Notes: generated by a model not told the origin, from the letters alone. A stretch of 64,000 nt of DNA from Octopus vulgaris (GCA_951406725.2 OX597817.1:47368001-47432000); one strand, 5' to 3'; numbered from the stretch's first letter, positions 1 through 12,885 are shown. Translations and numbers: made by a program.

Positions 1-479
1 GGGACGAAGACCGTTCGCTCAACAGCAACAGCAGCAGCAGCAACAACAACTGCATACAAACACTCCATTGTACCTTTATGTTCACTAACAATCGCTTTGT
101 TTTTATCATTTCAAGAAGTCACAATAAAGCTATGTAGGTGAAAAGTTAATATAGCAGTAAATAAACTTTCAAATCACCTGCACAGTTGGAGGCTTTCTTA
201 TAAAACCTGTTGCAGGTATCACTGTTAATACATCTCTTGTATCATCTTTGTTTTTCACTTGGTTGGCTGCTAATATTTAAATGATTTCTTCCAAACAGTT
301 CAAAGCCGATACATTTTTCAGATATCTGAGGAGATTATAACATTTGGTCTCTTGACTAAAATATGTTCTTTATTTCCGGATCTCGTATTTATCTTATACT
401 GTTCAAAAGATATCAAGTGCCAGTCAGATAACATACACTAGTAAAACATCACAAACCAGTAAGATGTCACATAACAGTG

Positions 480-1075
480 AAGGCATATGACTCGGCGGAT
501 TGAGAGTCGGGCTGACAATCATGGGGTAGTGAGTTTGATTCTTGGACCAGGCTGTGCATTGTGTTCTTGAGCAAGACACTTTATTTCACATTGCTCCAGT
601 TCACTCATCTGTAGAAATGAGTTGCGATGTCACTGGTGCCAAGTTGTATCGGCCTTTGCCTTTCACTTGGATAACATCTGTTTCTTTATTACCCACAAGG
701 GGCTAAACATTGAGGGGACAAACAAGGACAGACAAATGGATTAAGTCGATTACATCTAACCCAGTGCATAACTGGTACTTATTTAATTGACCCCGAAAGG
801 ATGAAAGGCAAAGTCGACCTCGGCGGAATTTGAACTCGGAACGTAACGGCAGACAAAATACGGCTACGCATTTCGCCTGGTGTGCTAACGGTTCTGCCAG
901 CTCACCATCTTTCACTTGGATAACATCAGTAGCGTGGAGAGGGGAGGCTGGTATGTATGGGCGACTGCTGGTCCTCCATAAACAACCTTACGCAGATTTG
1001 TGTCTGGGGGGTTTGGGGTGGAGGGCTTTCTAGGTGTGATCCCTTGGTCATTCTTGACCGAAATGGATCTTTAAC
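480..1075 (+). mobile_element. tRNA-derived SINE (family D), interrupted by a family A SINE
   Basis: Degenerate A/B-box head and the core ttcttgagcaagacactttatttcac...ctccagt. Related copies near 11690-11980, 17890-18070(-), 36975-37270(-), 38826-39150 and 39964-40220. Confidence 0.7.
679..908 (-). mobile_element. tRNA-derived SINE (family A) with 19-bp TSD
   Basis: Head ggcggcgagctggcaga, core gcctttcatcctttcggggtc. TSD ctttcacttggataacatc at 660-678 and 909-927. Confidence 0.85.
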
Positions 1076-1514
1076 ATTTAATCAGTGAGATATTATATAC
1101 CAGTAAATTATCGTGCCTCAGTAAGGTATTCAGTGAGATCTACAACAGAATACAGGAGTGCTTATGGGAGTTAGAATAGTCTCAACTACATAAACCTGTT
1201 CATTGGTTACATAAAGTCTGAAACCTGTCTTGGCTGACCAAACCCATTCCTGAAACACAATGAGACAATTAGGGACAGTTCTTTAAATGATTGCGATTCG
1301 GAACAACTGAGTGGACACTGAACCTGTTTTGGTGACAGTACCTTTTAGCGCTAGAAGCAAATATACTCATAGAAACACACATACACACACAAAATATATA
1401 ACACAGATAGAAAGGAGAGAAAGTGAGAGGGTGAGGGGGAAAAGAGTCAGTGCAATTTATTAATTGAACATGGCTGACATAAACCCTTTCCCTCTCCTCA
1501 TACACATAATGAGC

Positions 1515-2060
1515 AGGCTTTCCATGTTGGCATGGGTTGGACGGTTTGACTGAGAGCTGGCAAACCAGAAGGCTGCACCTGGCTCCAGTTTGAACTGGTA
1601 AAGTTTCTACAGCTGGATGCCCTTCCTAATGCCAACCACTCCGAGAGTGCTTTTTATGTGCCACCGGCACAGGAGCTAGTCAAGCAGCACTGGCATCAAC
1701 CACACTCAAATGGTGTTTTTTATGTGCCACTAGCACAGGAGCCAGTCAGGTGGCATTGACATACACCATGCTTAAATGGTGTATTTTATGTGTCACTGGC
1801 ACAGGAGCCAGTCAGGCAGCACTGGCAATGATCACGCTCGAATGGTGCTTTTTACGTGCCTCCAGCATGGGAGTCAGTCAGGCGGCACTGGCATTAAACA
1901 CACATGAATGGTGCTTTTTACATGCACTGACATGGGCGCCAATCAGGCAGTACTGTTATCAGCCACGACAATGATTTCACTTGCCTCAACAGGTCTTCAC
2001 AAGCACAGATTATTGCACAATGATTGAAGGGTACTCTTAAATGGGCCAGTTATGCTGCCA
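1515..2060 (-). mobile_element. Family C short retroposon with internal ~55-bp tandem repeats
   Basis: Shares ggatgcccttcctaacgccaaccactc and repeated atggtgctttttacgtgccac units with more than 12 other copies in the window. Confidence 0.75.
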
Positions 2061-3649
2061 GTTATGTACCAGGATTATTGGCTTGTTTATATCAGTGTCA
2101 CTTAGCAGTTCAGTGAAAGAGACTGATGGATGAAAGAAGTACCAGAATTCTTGGTTTGTTTATGTCCTTATAACTTAGCAGTTTAGCAAGAGAGCAATGA
2201 AATAGGAACTAAATTTTATCAGTCTGTCTGTGTCCCAGTAACTTAGCAGTGCAACAAAAGAGACTGATGAAATAAGTACTAGACTTTAAAAAACAATAAG
2301 GATTGGGGGGTTGATTTGTTCGACCAAAACCCTTCAAATAGTACCCCAGCATGGCCACAGTTAAATAACTAAAAGAAGTAAAAGATACACATACACCCCC
2401 ACTGTGTTTCTGGTTACCAAATTCCACTCACAGAGCATTGGTCAACCCAAGGCTATGGTAGAAGACACTTGCCCAAGTGATGCATAGTGGTACACAATGA
2501 GCTTGAACCCTTGACTGCACGATTACAAATCAGCCTTCTTGACCACTTAGCCATGCCAATTCTACCTATGTAACTCGTTATCATTCGCAAATGCTGAATA
2601 ACAATGATTTGTAACCAAATTCACAAGTCTCTTTCTTTCGCTATGGTGGCCATCAGTTCACCATAGGAGTTAGCAGCTTTAGATATGTATCTGAACGTTG
2701 GTTCAGAAATATTGAAATTACTGAAAGCAGTGAAAAAAAAAAAACAGTAAGAGCCTGGTCTACTATCTACACTTGTCAACTCTATTCAGAATATATATAT
2801 ATTTGCTGTATGGTTGACTTTGCATCATTCACTAGCTCTATCAATGCTTGTATTTTCCAGACAGCTTGGTGTAATATTTTTTCCATATTTTTGCCTTTTT
2901 ATATATATATATATATATAGATATTTTTTCCTCCTTTTTTTTTACACTAGATTTTTTTTGGTACATAGAGTTAGTTATTTACTTGCCAACATGAAGTCTC
3001 AAACATTCTGTCAGGTGAAAAAAAACCAAAAAAAACCAAAAAAAAACTCGGATGATAAATTATTATTTGCATTAGTTTTTATAATCTTTCTGAACTCGCT
3101 CTAGACTTGTTATATACATATAAACATACATACATACGAGCGTGTAACACAATATATTGTCCCCCGCCCCCTTTTCATATATATATTATGTATAGTTATT
3201 TCTTCCCACTAGGCTTAAATGGAATGCTTTATCGAAAGAATAGAGGACTGAAATCGAAATTCTGGATATGCTGACTGTGGCAGTTTAGTTATGTTGTCTT
3301 TTGTTTATTACGCACCTACTTTATTTTTTTAATTTTCATTTTTATTTCATATTTGTTTTACTTTTTTATTATTATTAGATGCATTAACGGACAATAGACT
3401 TGTTGGACATCTGAGCTCAAAGAAGGATCTGATGAAGCAATCGAAGCTTCGAAGCATTGTCATGGGTGAGAATGACGTTTGTGTGCGCTCAACTTTCCAA
3501 ACTTTATCTTCCATCCAATGAGATTGTTCCTATTGTAGCTTCTAGAAGTCTGCTACTAGAGTCAAATGAATACTGATGACTTGCAGGTTTAGTTTTAATA
3601 TGTTTCGGCAGATTCAAACATGAATATGCGTAAAGGAGAACAGCATCCG

Positions 3650-4100
3650 TGCTAGTGGAGCGCAAAGAGTACAAGTGAGATCGCTACCAGAGCAATAAGC
3701 TGGCCTCCGTGCCGATGGCATGTAAAAAAAAAAAAACACCATTCGAGCGTGATCATTACCTGAGTTGCCTTACTAGCATTTGTGCTGGTGGCACGTGAAA
3801 AAAACATTCGAGCGAGGTTGTTGCCAGTGCCGCTGGACTGACTCCTGTGCATGTGGCACATAAAAAGAATACCATTTGAGCGTGACCATTGCTAGTACCA
3901 CCTAACTGGCTCTCGTCCCGGTGGCACATAAAAGTACCCAGTACACTCTCAGAGTGGTTGGCGTTAAGAAGGGCATCCAGCTGTAGAAACTCTGCCAGAT
4001 CAGATTGGAGCCTGGTGCAACCATCTGGTTCACCAGACCACAGTCAAATTGTCCAACCCATGTTAGCATGGAAAGCGAACATTAAACGATGATGATGATG
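3650..4100 (+). mobile_element. Family C retroposon, (GAT)n tail
   Basis: aaaagcacc internal units, tggttggcgttaagaagggcatccagctgtag segment, and (gat)n tail. Confidence 0.75.
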
Positions 4101-4339
4101 AACTTTTCTTTCATGATGAACATGTTCATAACACACTTGATTCATTAGCACAAGGAACTCCAGAACAACCAGTATTTCAACATTGTTATGTCTCATCAAC
4201 CAAACGTACTCCTGAACCAATGAAATGAACAAGAATTAAGGATGCTCTTGTTTATAACTTCAGCAAGCAATATTTGTCAACTGATAAATAATGACTGCTC
4301 CTATCTGACGTATTGGCTTTAAACCAAGTGAGACCATAA

Positions 4340-4940
4340 CCCATGGCCTATGCCAGTGGTGTATAGCCAGCCCACTTATGAGTACCCTTCATTCATTGAA
4401 CAATGAACTTTGCTTGCGAAGACCTGTTGAGGCAAGTGAAATCAAAATCGCTGACGTGGCCGATGACAATACTGCTTGCTTGGCACTCATGCCAGTGGAA
4501 CATTAAAAGCACCATCCAAGCGTGATCGATGCCAGGGCTGCTGACTAGCTCCCATGCCAGCGGCATGTAAAAAGCACCATTCAAGCGTGATAGTTGTCAG
4601 TGTGGCCTCACTGGAACATGAGCTCGTAGCATGTGAAAAACATTTGAGCGTGGTTGTTGCTAGTGCCGCTGAACTGGCTCCCCATGCAGGTGGCATGTAA
4701 AAACACCTTTTGAGCATAATCATTGCCAGTACCACCTGAGTGGCCCTCATGCCAGTGGAACATAAAAGCACCCACTACACTCTCAGAGTGGTTGGCGTTA
4801 GGAAAGGCATCCAGCTGTAGAAACTTTGCCAGATCAGAATGGAGTCTGGTGCAGCCTTCTGGCTCGCCAGTTCTCAGTCAAACCGTCCGTCCCATGCCAG
4901 CATGGAAATGCGGATGTTAAACGATGGCGATGATGATGAT
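4340..4940 (+). mobile_element. Family C retroposon, (GAT)n tail
   Basis: Same conserved 3' segment and tail as the other family C copies. Confidence 0.75.
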
Positions 4941-5112
4941 GAGAGAGAGTGTATAAAGGTGAAAAAGCATGAATTCTAGTCCTATGATATCCTGTATTAT
5001 ACAACAACAGCACCACATTGCTCTGACTTGCCATGGTTTCTAGATTGGCATGTATGTCACAGTAACTGTGGTAGTCACAGTAACTTGCTTTTAGTGATAC
5101 AGACAATGTATG

Positions 5113-5920
5113 AAGGTGGCAAACTGGCAGAATCGTTAGCCCACCAGATGGAATGCTTAGTGGTATTTCGTCTGCAGCTACATTCTTACTTCAAATTCAA
5201 CCAAAGTCAACTTTGCCTGTCATCCTTTCAGGGTCAATAAATTAAGTACCAGTTGCATACTGGGGTCGATCTAATCGCCCACCCCCTACCCCAGGAAATT
5301 TCAGGCCTTGTGTCTAGAATAGAAAAGAATATTATACAGAATGTAAGGCAGTGAGTTGGCCGAATCGTTAGCACATTGGGCGAAATGCTTAGGGGTATTT
5401 TGTCTGTCCTTACATTCTGACTTCAAACTCCACCAAGGTTGACATTGCCTTTCATCCTTTCAGGGTCAATAAATAAAGTACCAGTTGTGTACTGGGATCG
5501 ATCTAATGACTGGCCTCCTCCCCAAAAATTTCAAGCCTTGTGCCTAGAGTAGAAAAAAAGATATAGACAATGGATGACAACATTCTTTAACATTTGTGAA
5601 TGTGTGTGTGTGTATGTGTGTGTATGTGTGTGTGCTGGTAACATTAGTCATGGCAGTGGTGTGATAACGGAACACTAATATTAGGAGGGCGGTGAGCTGG
5701 CAGAATCATTAGCACACCGGGCGAAATGCTTAGCGTTATTTCGTGTGCTGCTACGTTCTGAGTTCAAATTCCACCGAGGTCGACTTTGCCTTTCATCCTT
5801 TCGGAGTCAATTAAACAAGTACCAGTTACACACTGGGGTTGATGTAATCGACTTAATCTCTTTGTCTGTCTTTGTGTGTCCCCTCTATGTTTAGCCCCAC
5901 AGTGGGCAATAAAGAAATAA
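5113..5920 (+). mobile_element. Cluster of three family A SINEs (~5113-5330, 5346-5556, 5687-5920)
   Basis: Three tRNA-like heads, each followed by the gcctttcatcctttc core. The third copy is flanked by a 32-bp duplication (5643-5674 / 5923-5954). Confidence 0.8.
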
Positions 5921-6175
5921 ATATTAGTCATGGCAGTGGTGTGATAATGGAACAAGCACTGACTTAAAATTATTTGGCACAGGAACCAAGAGGTGAGACA
6001 TTACATGTAAAGAGAGCGAATGAGAATACCAAGTAGATTTAACTTAGAGATAACATCACATTAGCAATGTGTTTATAAGTAAAGACCAGTTCTGTCATGG
6101 CAGAAGAAACGATGAGAAGATATGACTCAGGAAAGTCATGCTGAGTAAGTGTTGACTGCAGAAAAGGAATATTAC

Positions 6176-6247
6176 CTGTAGAGCAGTGATTCCTTTCTTT
6201 GTACCAGCCAACTTGAAGTCCATGTCACCCATGTAGTCTTCAATACC
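6176..6247 (-). CDS. PNPT1: PNPT1 internal exon (72 nt): [24 protein letters not shown]
   Basis: Contains the metal-binding EDxxGDMDFK motif. Acceptor ttttgcag, donor gtaata; phase 0-0. The next exon (ADIK...) was not found in 1-6175, so the gene continues off both window ends. Confidence 0.97.
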
Positions 6248-6336
6248 CTGCAAAATAGAAATGAAAAAAATCAAGTGTGAAAGTCTGTAAAACTCAAGGT
6301 ATAATATGCATTTTTTTTTCACCATACTCAAGGTGG

Positions 6337-6370
<34 letters not shown>

Positions 6371-6775
6371 GGTGGTGGTGATGGTGATGATGATGATGAT
6401 GATGAAGCATCGTCGTTGTCAACATCATAAACATTATTAATTAATTTTCATGCTTGTATGGATCAGGTGGGGGATTTAAAGAGGCAGATTTTATTTACAG
6501 CCAGATACCTTTCTTCTTGCTGATATTCACCTCTTTCCATGCAAGGTAATTTTTTTTTCTCCCCCCCATAGCCAGACATATTTTTCACAAAGGAAGATGA
6601 ATGACTGGATGGTTAATTTAAACAAGGAACGACTACAGAACAACCACCAAATGGTAGAGAACTGACCCTTATTCTTCTCTTCTGTTTCTAATGATAAATA
6701 AAGTGATCTTCCATCAACAGAAACTTTTAAACTTCCCATTTGCCATAAATTCCCTTCATCAAGAGATAACTAGCT

Positions 6776-7507
6776 TTAACCCTTTCGTTACTGTATTTAT
6801 TTTGAGATGCTCTGTGTTTCTTTCAATTACTTTAACTATAACAAAGACTTTAGTAAAATAACTTAGTTGTCATTAAGCTAGTGTTCGGAACATAAATTGT
6901 GACTAAGGTTTGGTGGAAAGTTTAAATTCAAATCTTATGAAAAAATAGACATTTGTACTACAGAGCCTGAGGTGGTTTCAGCTAGGTTGGTATCAAAAGG
7001 GTTAAGAATTGTTTCTCTATTGTATATTTTAACCCTTTTGTTACCATATTTATTTTGAGATGATCTGTGTTTCTTTCAATTACTTTAAATATAACAAAGA
7101 ATTTAGTAAAACAAATTAGTTATCATTAAGCTAGTGTTAGGAACATAAATTGTGACTAAGGTTTGGTGGAAGATTTTAATTCAAATCTTATGAAAAAAAA
7201 GACATTTGCACTACAGAGCCTGAGGTGGTTTCAGCTAGGTTGGTATCAAAAGGGTTAAGAATTGTTTCTCTATTGTATATTTTAACCCTTTTGTTAGCAT
7301 ATTTATTTTGAGATGCTGTGTTTCTTTCAATTACATTAAATATAACAAAGAATTTAGTAAAATAACTTAGTTACCATTAAGTTAGTGTTAGGAACATAAA
7401 TTGTGACTAAGGTTTGGTGGAAGATTTTAATTCAAAACTTATGAAAGCAAGACATTTGTACTCAGAGCCAGAGCCGGCTTCAGCCGGATTGGAATTGAAA
7501 GGGTTAA
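6776..7507. mobile_element. Three tandem TTAA-flanked MITEs (piggyBac-like ends): 6780-7001, 7033-7254, 7286-7503
   Basis: Each ~220-bp unit reads TTAA|CCCTT...AAGGG|TTAA, with an identical spacer between units. Confidence 0.85.
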
Positions 7508-7971
7508 GATAATGGTTTTCCATGTCCACTGCAATTTCCTTATGAAACTAGAATTCTATGGATTATTCACTTGGGTCTCACCAAAAGTCTATAAGCTTCA
7601 CTACTAACTCTATTTGTCTGTTGGTGAGTTCCTGCACCAAAATGCAGGCAAAATCAGGATGTACATAACATAGGCTGCAAAGCTTTCCACTTCTTGCTTT
7701 TAAGGGGACACAAAAAATACAATGTAATAAAACTTATTTTAGATATATATATATAACTGAAATAGTAGCAGAATCAGTGAAAATGCTTTGCTCCATGGAT
7801 TTTAAAATATATTAAATCATTTGGAATGTCCTTGATTGTAAAGTTCATGTATTCACCTGAAGAATACGGTTTTCTTATAATGATATAGTGTACTCATTAA
7901 TCAATTAAAGGAGTCATTAGAAATGGTCATAATGAAGTGATACCTGTCCTTCAATTGTTATTTATATATAC

Positions 7972-8360
7972 AGGAGCAGGAGTGGCTGTGTGGTAAGTTT
8001 CGGATTCAGTCCCACTGCGTGACACCTTGGGCAACTGTCTTCTACAATAGCCTCAGGCTGACCACTGCCTTGTGAGTGGATTTGGTAGACAGAAACTGAA
8101 ATACGCCCATTGTATATGTGTGTGTGTGTGTGTGTCTGTTTCTCTGTGTGTGTATGCTTGTGTCTCTGTGTTAGTTCCCTCATCATCGCTTGACAACAGA
8201 TATTGGTGTGTTTACGTCCCCATATCTTAGCAGTTCAGCAAAAGTGACCGATACTGTAAGTACTAGGCTTACAAAGAATAAGTCCTGCGGTCAATTTGTT
8301 TGACTAAAAAGGCGGTGCTTCAGTATGGCCACAGTCAAATGACTGAAACAAATGAAAGAA
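7972..8360 (+). mobile_element. Family B SINE (tRNA head, ccttgggcaag core, internal (TG)n)
   Basis: ggagtggctgtgtggtaag head and gactgaaacaa 3' end. Other copies: 10085-10505(-), 27013-27372(-), 31255-31885(-), 32585-32850(-), 38255-38660(-), 47297-47680(-), 48985-49400(+). Confidence 0.85.
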
Positions 8361-8372
8361 TATGTATATATA

Positions 8373-9829
8373 TTATGGTTGGCATCCTTTTTGTCTCGGG
8401 AGACAATGGAGTTGCACATAAAATAGTCTAGTCTGGCTTTTACATTTCATGTCCTGATACATTTCCTGCTGTGGCTGTGCAGTCCTATCCTGGACAAACA
8501 CTCCCTCTGGCAGGTACCGCAAATGTAGCGAAGACTGTTCCTGGCTGGTTGTAATGTCATAATTTCTTGTTGACGTCTTTTCTTGTCTTTCCATTTCTTC
8601 TCTCTCTCTCTGTCACTCCTTTGTATTCCTTCTTTTACGGTACGTCGCCAATCTCCACGGATGCTGGCAACTGCTACCCAATTGCTAGTATTGATGTTGC
8701 AGGCCTTCATGTCCCTTTTGCAAACATCCTTGTAACGTAAGAACGATCTTCCCACAGACCTAGTACCCCTAGCAAACTCTCCGTATAGTATGTCCTTGGG
8801 GATTCTGCCATCTTTCATACGGCTAACATGCCCAAGCCATATCATACGTCTTTGTGTGAGGAGTGCAAACATGCTTGGTATTCCTGCTTGCTTGAGGACA
8901 TCTTTGTTGGGGATGTGATTCTGCCATTTGATGCGGAGGATTTTCCGGAGGCAGCGCAGGTGAAAGATGTTTAGGCGACGCTCTTGGCGTGTGTATAGCG
9001 TCCAAGTCTCACTTCCATACAGTAGAGTGCTAAGTACACATGCCTGGTAGATCTTCATTTTCGTGGTCTTGGTCAGCTTATTGTTGTCCCATGCCCATTT
9101 GGAGAGTTGGGCCATCGCAGCGGCTGCCTTGCCAATGCGTATATTGAGCTCAGTATCAAGGGATAGGTTGTAGGTGACGGTAGAGCCAAGATAGGTAAAC
9201 TTCTCCACCTCCTGTAATCTGTGATCTCCAATATGTATGTTTGGGATGTCCGATGTAGCCTGACCCATGATGTTGGTCTTCTTAAGGCTGATAGCTAAGC
9301 CAAAGTCGTTACATGCCTGCTCAAAACAGTTAATGAGCCTTTGGAGGGCTTCTGTGTGTGATACCAAAGTGGCATCATCAGCAAATAGCATCTCCTTGGT
9401 CAGGACGTTTCTGATTTTGGTCTTGGCACGCAGGCGCGAGAGATTGAACAGTTTCCCGTCACTTCAACTGTGCAGAAACACTCCATCATCTGATGTCTGA
9501 ACGGCATGTGAGAGCAAGAGGGAGAAGAAAATGCCAAATAATGTAGGAGTGAGGACACAACCTTGCTTTACCCCATTTTTTATTTGGAAGGCGGCTGATG
9601 TTGAACCATTGTGCTGTATGGTGCCTTGCATATCATCATGGAAAGACTTGATGATCCTCAGCAGCTTTGGTGGACATCCGATTCTTTGGAGCAGGATGAA
9701 GAGGCCTTTTCTAATTACCGAGTCAAAGGCCTTTGTCAGATCAATGAAGGCCATATGTAATGGTATTTTCTGCTCTCTGGACTTCTCCTGAAGTTGGCGT
9801 ATGGAGAATATCATGTCAATAGTTGATCT
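8373..9829 (-). mobile_element. 5'-truncated RTE-clade LINE (reverse transcriptase and C-terminus), one in-frame stop
   Basis: Motifs FIDLTKAFD, GVKQGCVLTP, MLFADD, FTYLGS, LLYGSETW, WLGHVSRM and a C-terminal CxxC...HxxxC. ORFs 9464-9958 and 8447-9391 are in the same frame, split by TGA at 9464-9466. RTE-type 3' end ctccattgtctcccgagac...ggatgcc. Confidence 0.95.
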
Positions 9830-10295
9830 ATATATATACATATTAAAAGTCAAGGTACAATCTGCACCAGTTTGCTGGAAAGAAGAGGTTAAAATTCTTC
9901 CAAGCCCCACATCTCCCACCATATGTAAACATGCACAGAGAGTATAGCAAATATACATAAAAAGAAATAGGCGTCACATTTGTAAAACTACAAAGAGGAG
10001 GATAGATATCCCAGTCTCAATTTATTTCACTTTCTGTGCTGAACTGACACTTAAAGCTCATCAGCTAAGCTTACTAAGTCTTTTATTTTTTACTCTTTAA
10101 CTTGTTTCAGTTATCTGACTGTGGCCATGCTGGAGCACCGGCTTTAGTCGAGCAAATCAACCCCAGGACTTATTCTTTGTAAGCCTAGTACTTATTCTAC
10201 CAGTCTCTTTGGCTGAACTGCTAAGTTATGGGGACGTAAACACACCAGCACATTGGTTGTCAAGTGGTGTTGTGGGGACAAACAGACACAAACAT

Positions 10296-10332
<37 letters not shown>

Positions 10333-11039
10333 CATACATATGACAGACTTATTTCAGTTTCCATCTACCAAACCCACTCACAAGGCTTTGGTCAGCCCGA
10401 GGCTATAGTAGAAGACACTTGCTCAAGATGCCACGCAGTGGGAGTGAACCCACAACCACGTTGTTGACAAGCAAGCTACTAACCACACAGGCACTCCTGT
10501 GCCTATACATGAGAGGTTTTTTTCAGTTTCTGTCTACCAGATCCACTCGCAAGACTTGAATGATGATGATGATGGAGAAGAAGAATGTATTTCATACAAA
10601 ATGACATTGAAACGCAATATATTGGATTATTGAATCATGTACCAATCATGTAACACAACGTATCACAGACGTTACTGAGGGGCTTTAAGACAATTAAGGG
10701 TGTGAAATCATGATGTATTGATGTACATGGCAGTGTACTTTTACTTCAGAGACATGTTGGGTGAATGGTTGAAAAAATGGACTGGGGGAGGGGGAGGCTC
10801 TACTAGACTGAAACTTTACTGAGCAGCTGCACTATAATGGAACTGTAATGAATGGCTATGACTAAATTACAAAATTATACACACAAACACACACATACAT
10901 ACATATATATAATAAATACATACATACATATAATATATACACATAATATATATATATTATATATATACACACACATACATAAGGTTAGCTAAGTTAGAGG
11001 TTAAAATAACCATCGATATTTCTCCTCCATTTTCTGTCT

Positions 11040-11111
<72 letters not shown>

Positions 11112-11177
11112 GGTCCCGGGTTGATTCGGGGTTAACCACAGTAAGTAAGGTACTCAATACATAGCAGAGTAAAATTA

Positions 11178-11308
11178 ATTTATTATATAGAAGGACTACA
11201 GGATTAGTACTGTTTCATTCAAGAGAAATCTTCAGGAAGCTCAGAAGATTTCCTGAAGATTTCTCTTGAATGAAACAGTACTAGTCCTGTAGAAGCTCCT
11301 TCTATATA

Positions 11309-11314
<6 letters not shown>
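11178..11314. repeat. Foldback (~60-bp arms) containing a hammerhead motif
   Basis: Arms 11178-11238 and 11250-11314. Plus strand: CTGAAGA at 11253, GAAAC at 11272, stem III ACAG/CTGT, GTA at 11289-11291, then GAAGCTC. Confidence 0.75.
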
Positions 11315-11362
<48 letters not shown>

Positions 11363-11424
11363 ATAAAAACAGTAAGACAACAAAAGAAAGAAAGAGACCT
11401 TGATGTTATGTAAATAGAGGAATT

Positions 11425-11596
11425 TATCTGTAAATGTAATATGACAATTATTCGGTGGCCATGATAAAACTCTGAATGCCGAGGTGGAAATCCACGCCAC
11501 CATCTCTTCAGTTATCCAGCCGTGGACTTCCACCTCGGCATCCGAAACTCAGAGTTTTATCATGGATACCGAATAATTGTCACATATTACATTTAC

Positions 11597-11601
<5 letters not shown>
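11425..11601. repeat. Foldback (~70-80-bp arms) containing a split hammerhead motif
   Basis: GATAA-CTGAAGA on the minus strand (11516-11505); GAAAC-TCAGA-GTT-TTATC on the plus strand (11544-11561). Confidence 0.75.
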
Positions 11602-11641
<40 letters not shown>

Positions 11642-11972
11642 TGGATGTGTGGTTAAGAGGCTATGTGTGTATGTGAAGGTGCATGACCTAGTGCTTAAGG
11701 AGTTGCACACATGATCCCTAGATCGTGCTTTCGAGATTCCCAGACTGGGTACCACATTGTATTCTTGGTCAAAACACTTCATTTTATGTTGCTCCAGTCC
11801 ATTCAGCTGTCAATGGATAACCCTACAACAGACTAGCCTTCCAATCAAGGGGGTTGTTGGCCTGCTCACCTGGCCAGCGAGGTGGCACCATTAGAAGGCT
11901 AACATGATGCAAAGTGCATTCTGCTCAGCGATGTATAACAACATCCAATAGTATGGTCAAACACGTGATCAG

Positions 11973-12003
<31 letters not shown>

Positions 12004-12019
12004 TACTTTTTGTTTGCTT

Positions 12020-12885
12020 TTCATCATCATCATCAAACATCCACTTTCCATGCTGGCATGGGTTAGACAGTTTGTTTGAGAACTAGTATATCAAGGAGCT
12101 GCACCAGGTTCCAATCTGATCTGGCAAGGTTTCTATGGCTGGATGCCCTTCCTAACGCCAACCACTCCAAGAGTGTAGTGGGTGATTTTACATGCCACCA
12201 CCATGGGTGCCATTGACATGATGCCAGCATTGTCCACAATGATGACCTCACTTGGCTTGACAGGTCTACAGAAGCAGAGAATATCGCCAAAGGTCTTGGT
12301 CACTTCCTCCATGAAGCCAAATACTCAAAGGGTGCTTTTTATGTGCTGGCGACATGTCATCATGATCATCATCATTTAACATCCGTTTTCCATGCTGGCA
12401 TGAGCTGGATGGTTTGACTGAGAGCTGGCAAGGTTTCTATACCTGGATGTCCTTCCTAACACCAATCACTCTGAGAGTGTAGTGGGTGCTTTTTAAGTGC
12501 TACTAGCATAGGAGCCAGTCAGGTGGATCAGTGCTTTTTACGTGCCATTGGCATGGGAGCCAGTTGGGGACGCTTGCATCAGCCACATTCGGATGGAGCT
12601 TTTCATGTGCCACTGGCATAGGAGCTAGTCAGGCAGGTCTGGCATCGATCATGTTCGGATAGTGCTTTTTACGTGCCACTGGCTTGGGAGTCAGTGAGAG
12701 GGCGCTGGCATTGGCCACAATCGGACGGTGCTTTTTACATGCCACTGGCACAGGAGCTAGTCAGGTGGGTCTAGCATTGATTACGTTCAGATAATGCATT
12801 TTACAAGCCATCGGCATGGGAGCCAGTCAGGGGCGCTGACATCGGCCAATTCGGATGGTGCTTTTTACATGCTACCAGCACAGGA
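12020..12885 (-). mobile_element. Two adjacent family C retroposons, the second with ~6 internal repeat units
   Basis: (cat)n tails at ~12022 and ~12365; repeated ggatggtgctttttacgtgccac units. Confidence 0.75.

Noticed and set aside
178-269. Possible minus-strand exon AANQVKNKDDTRDVLTVIPATGFIRKPPTVQ with a GT donor
   Set aside because: Weak acceptor, no similarity to the expected next PNPT1 exon (ADIK...), and incompatible phase.
2621-2720. Strong minus-strand acceptor followed by a 32-codon open frame
   Set aside because: No recognisable homology. In the PNPT1 phase it starts with TAA; it cannot be supported without RNA data.
10671-10720. CTGAGGG...GAAATCATGATG hammerhead-like string
   Set aside because: A9 and the cleavage base are wrong and stem I barely pairs; may be chance.
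12520-12885. Repeat-spacer pattern resembling a CRISPR array
   Set aside because: The 'spacers' are homologous to each other. This is the internal VNTR of a dispersed eukaryotic retroposon, and there are no cas genes.
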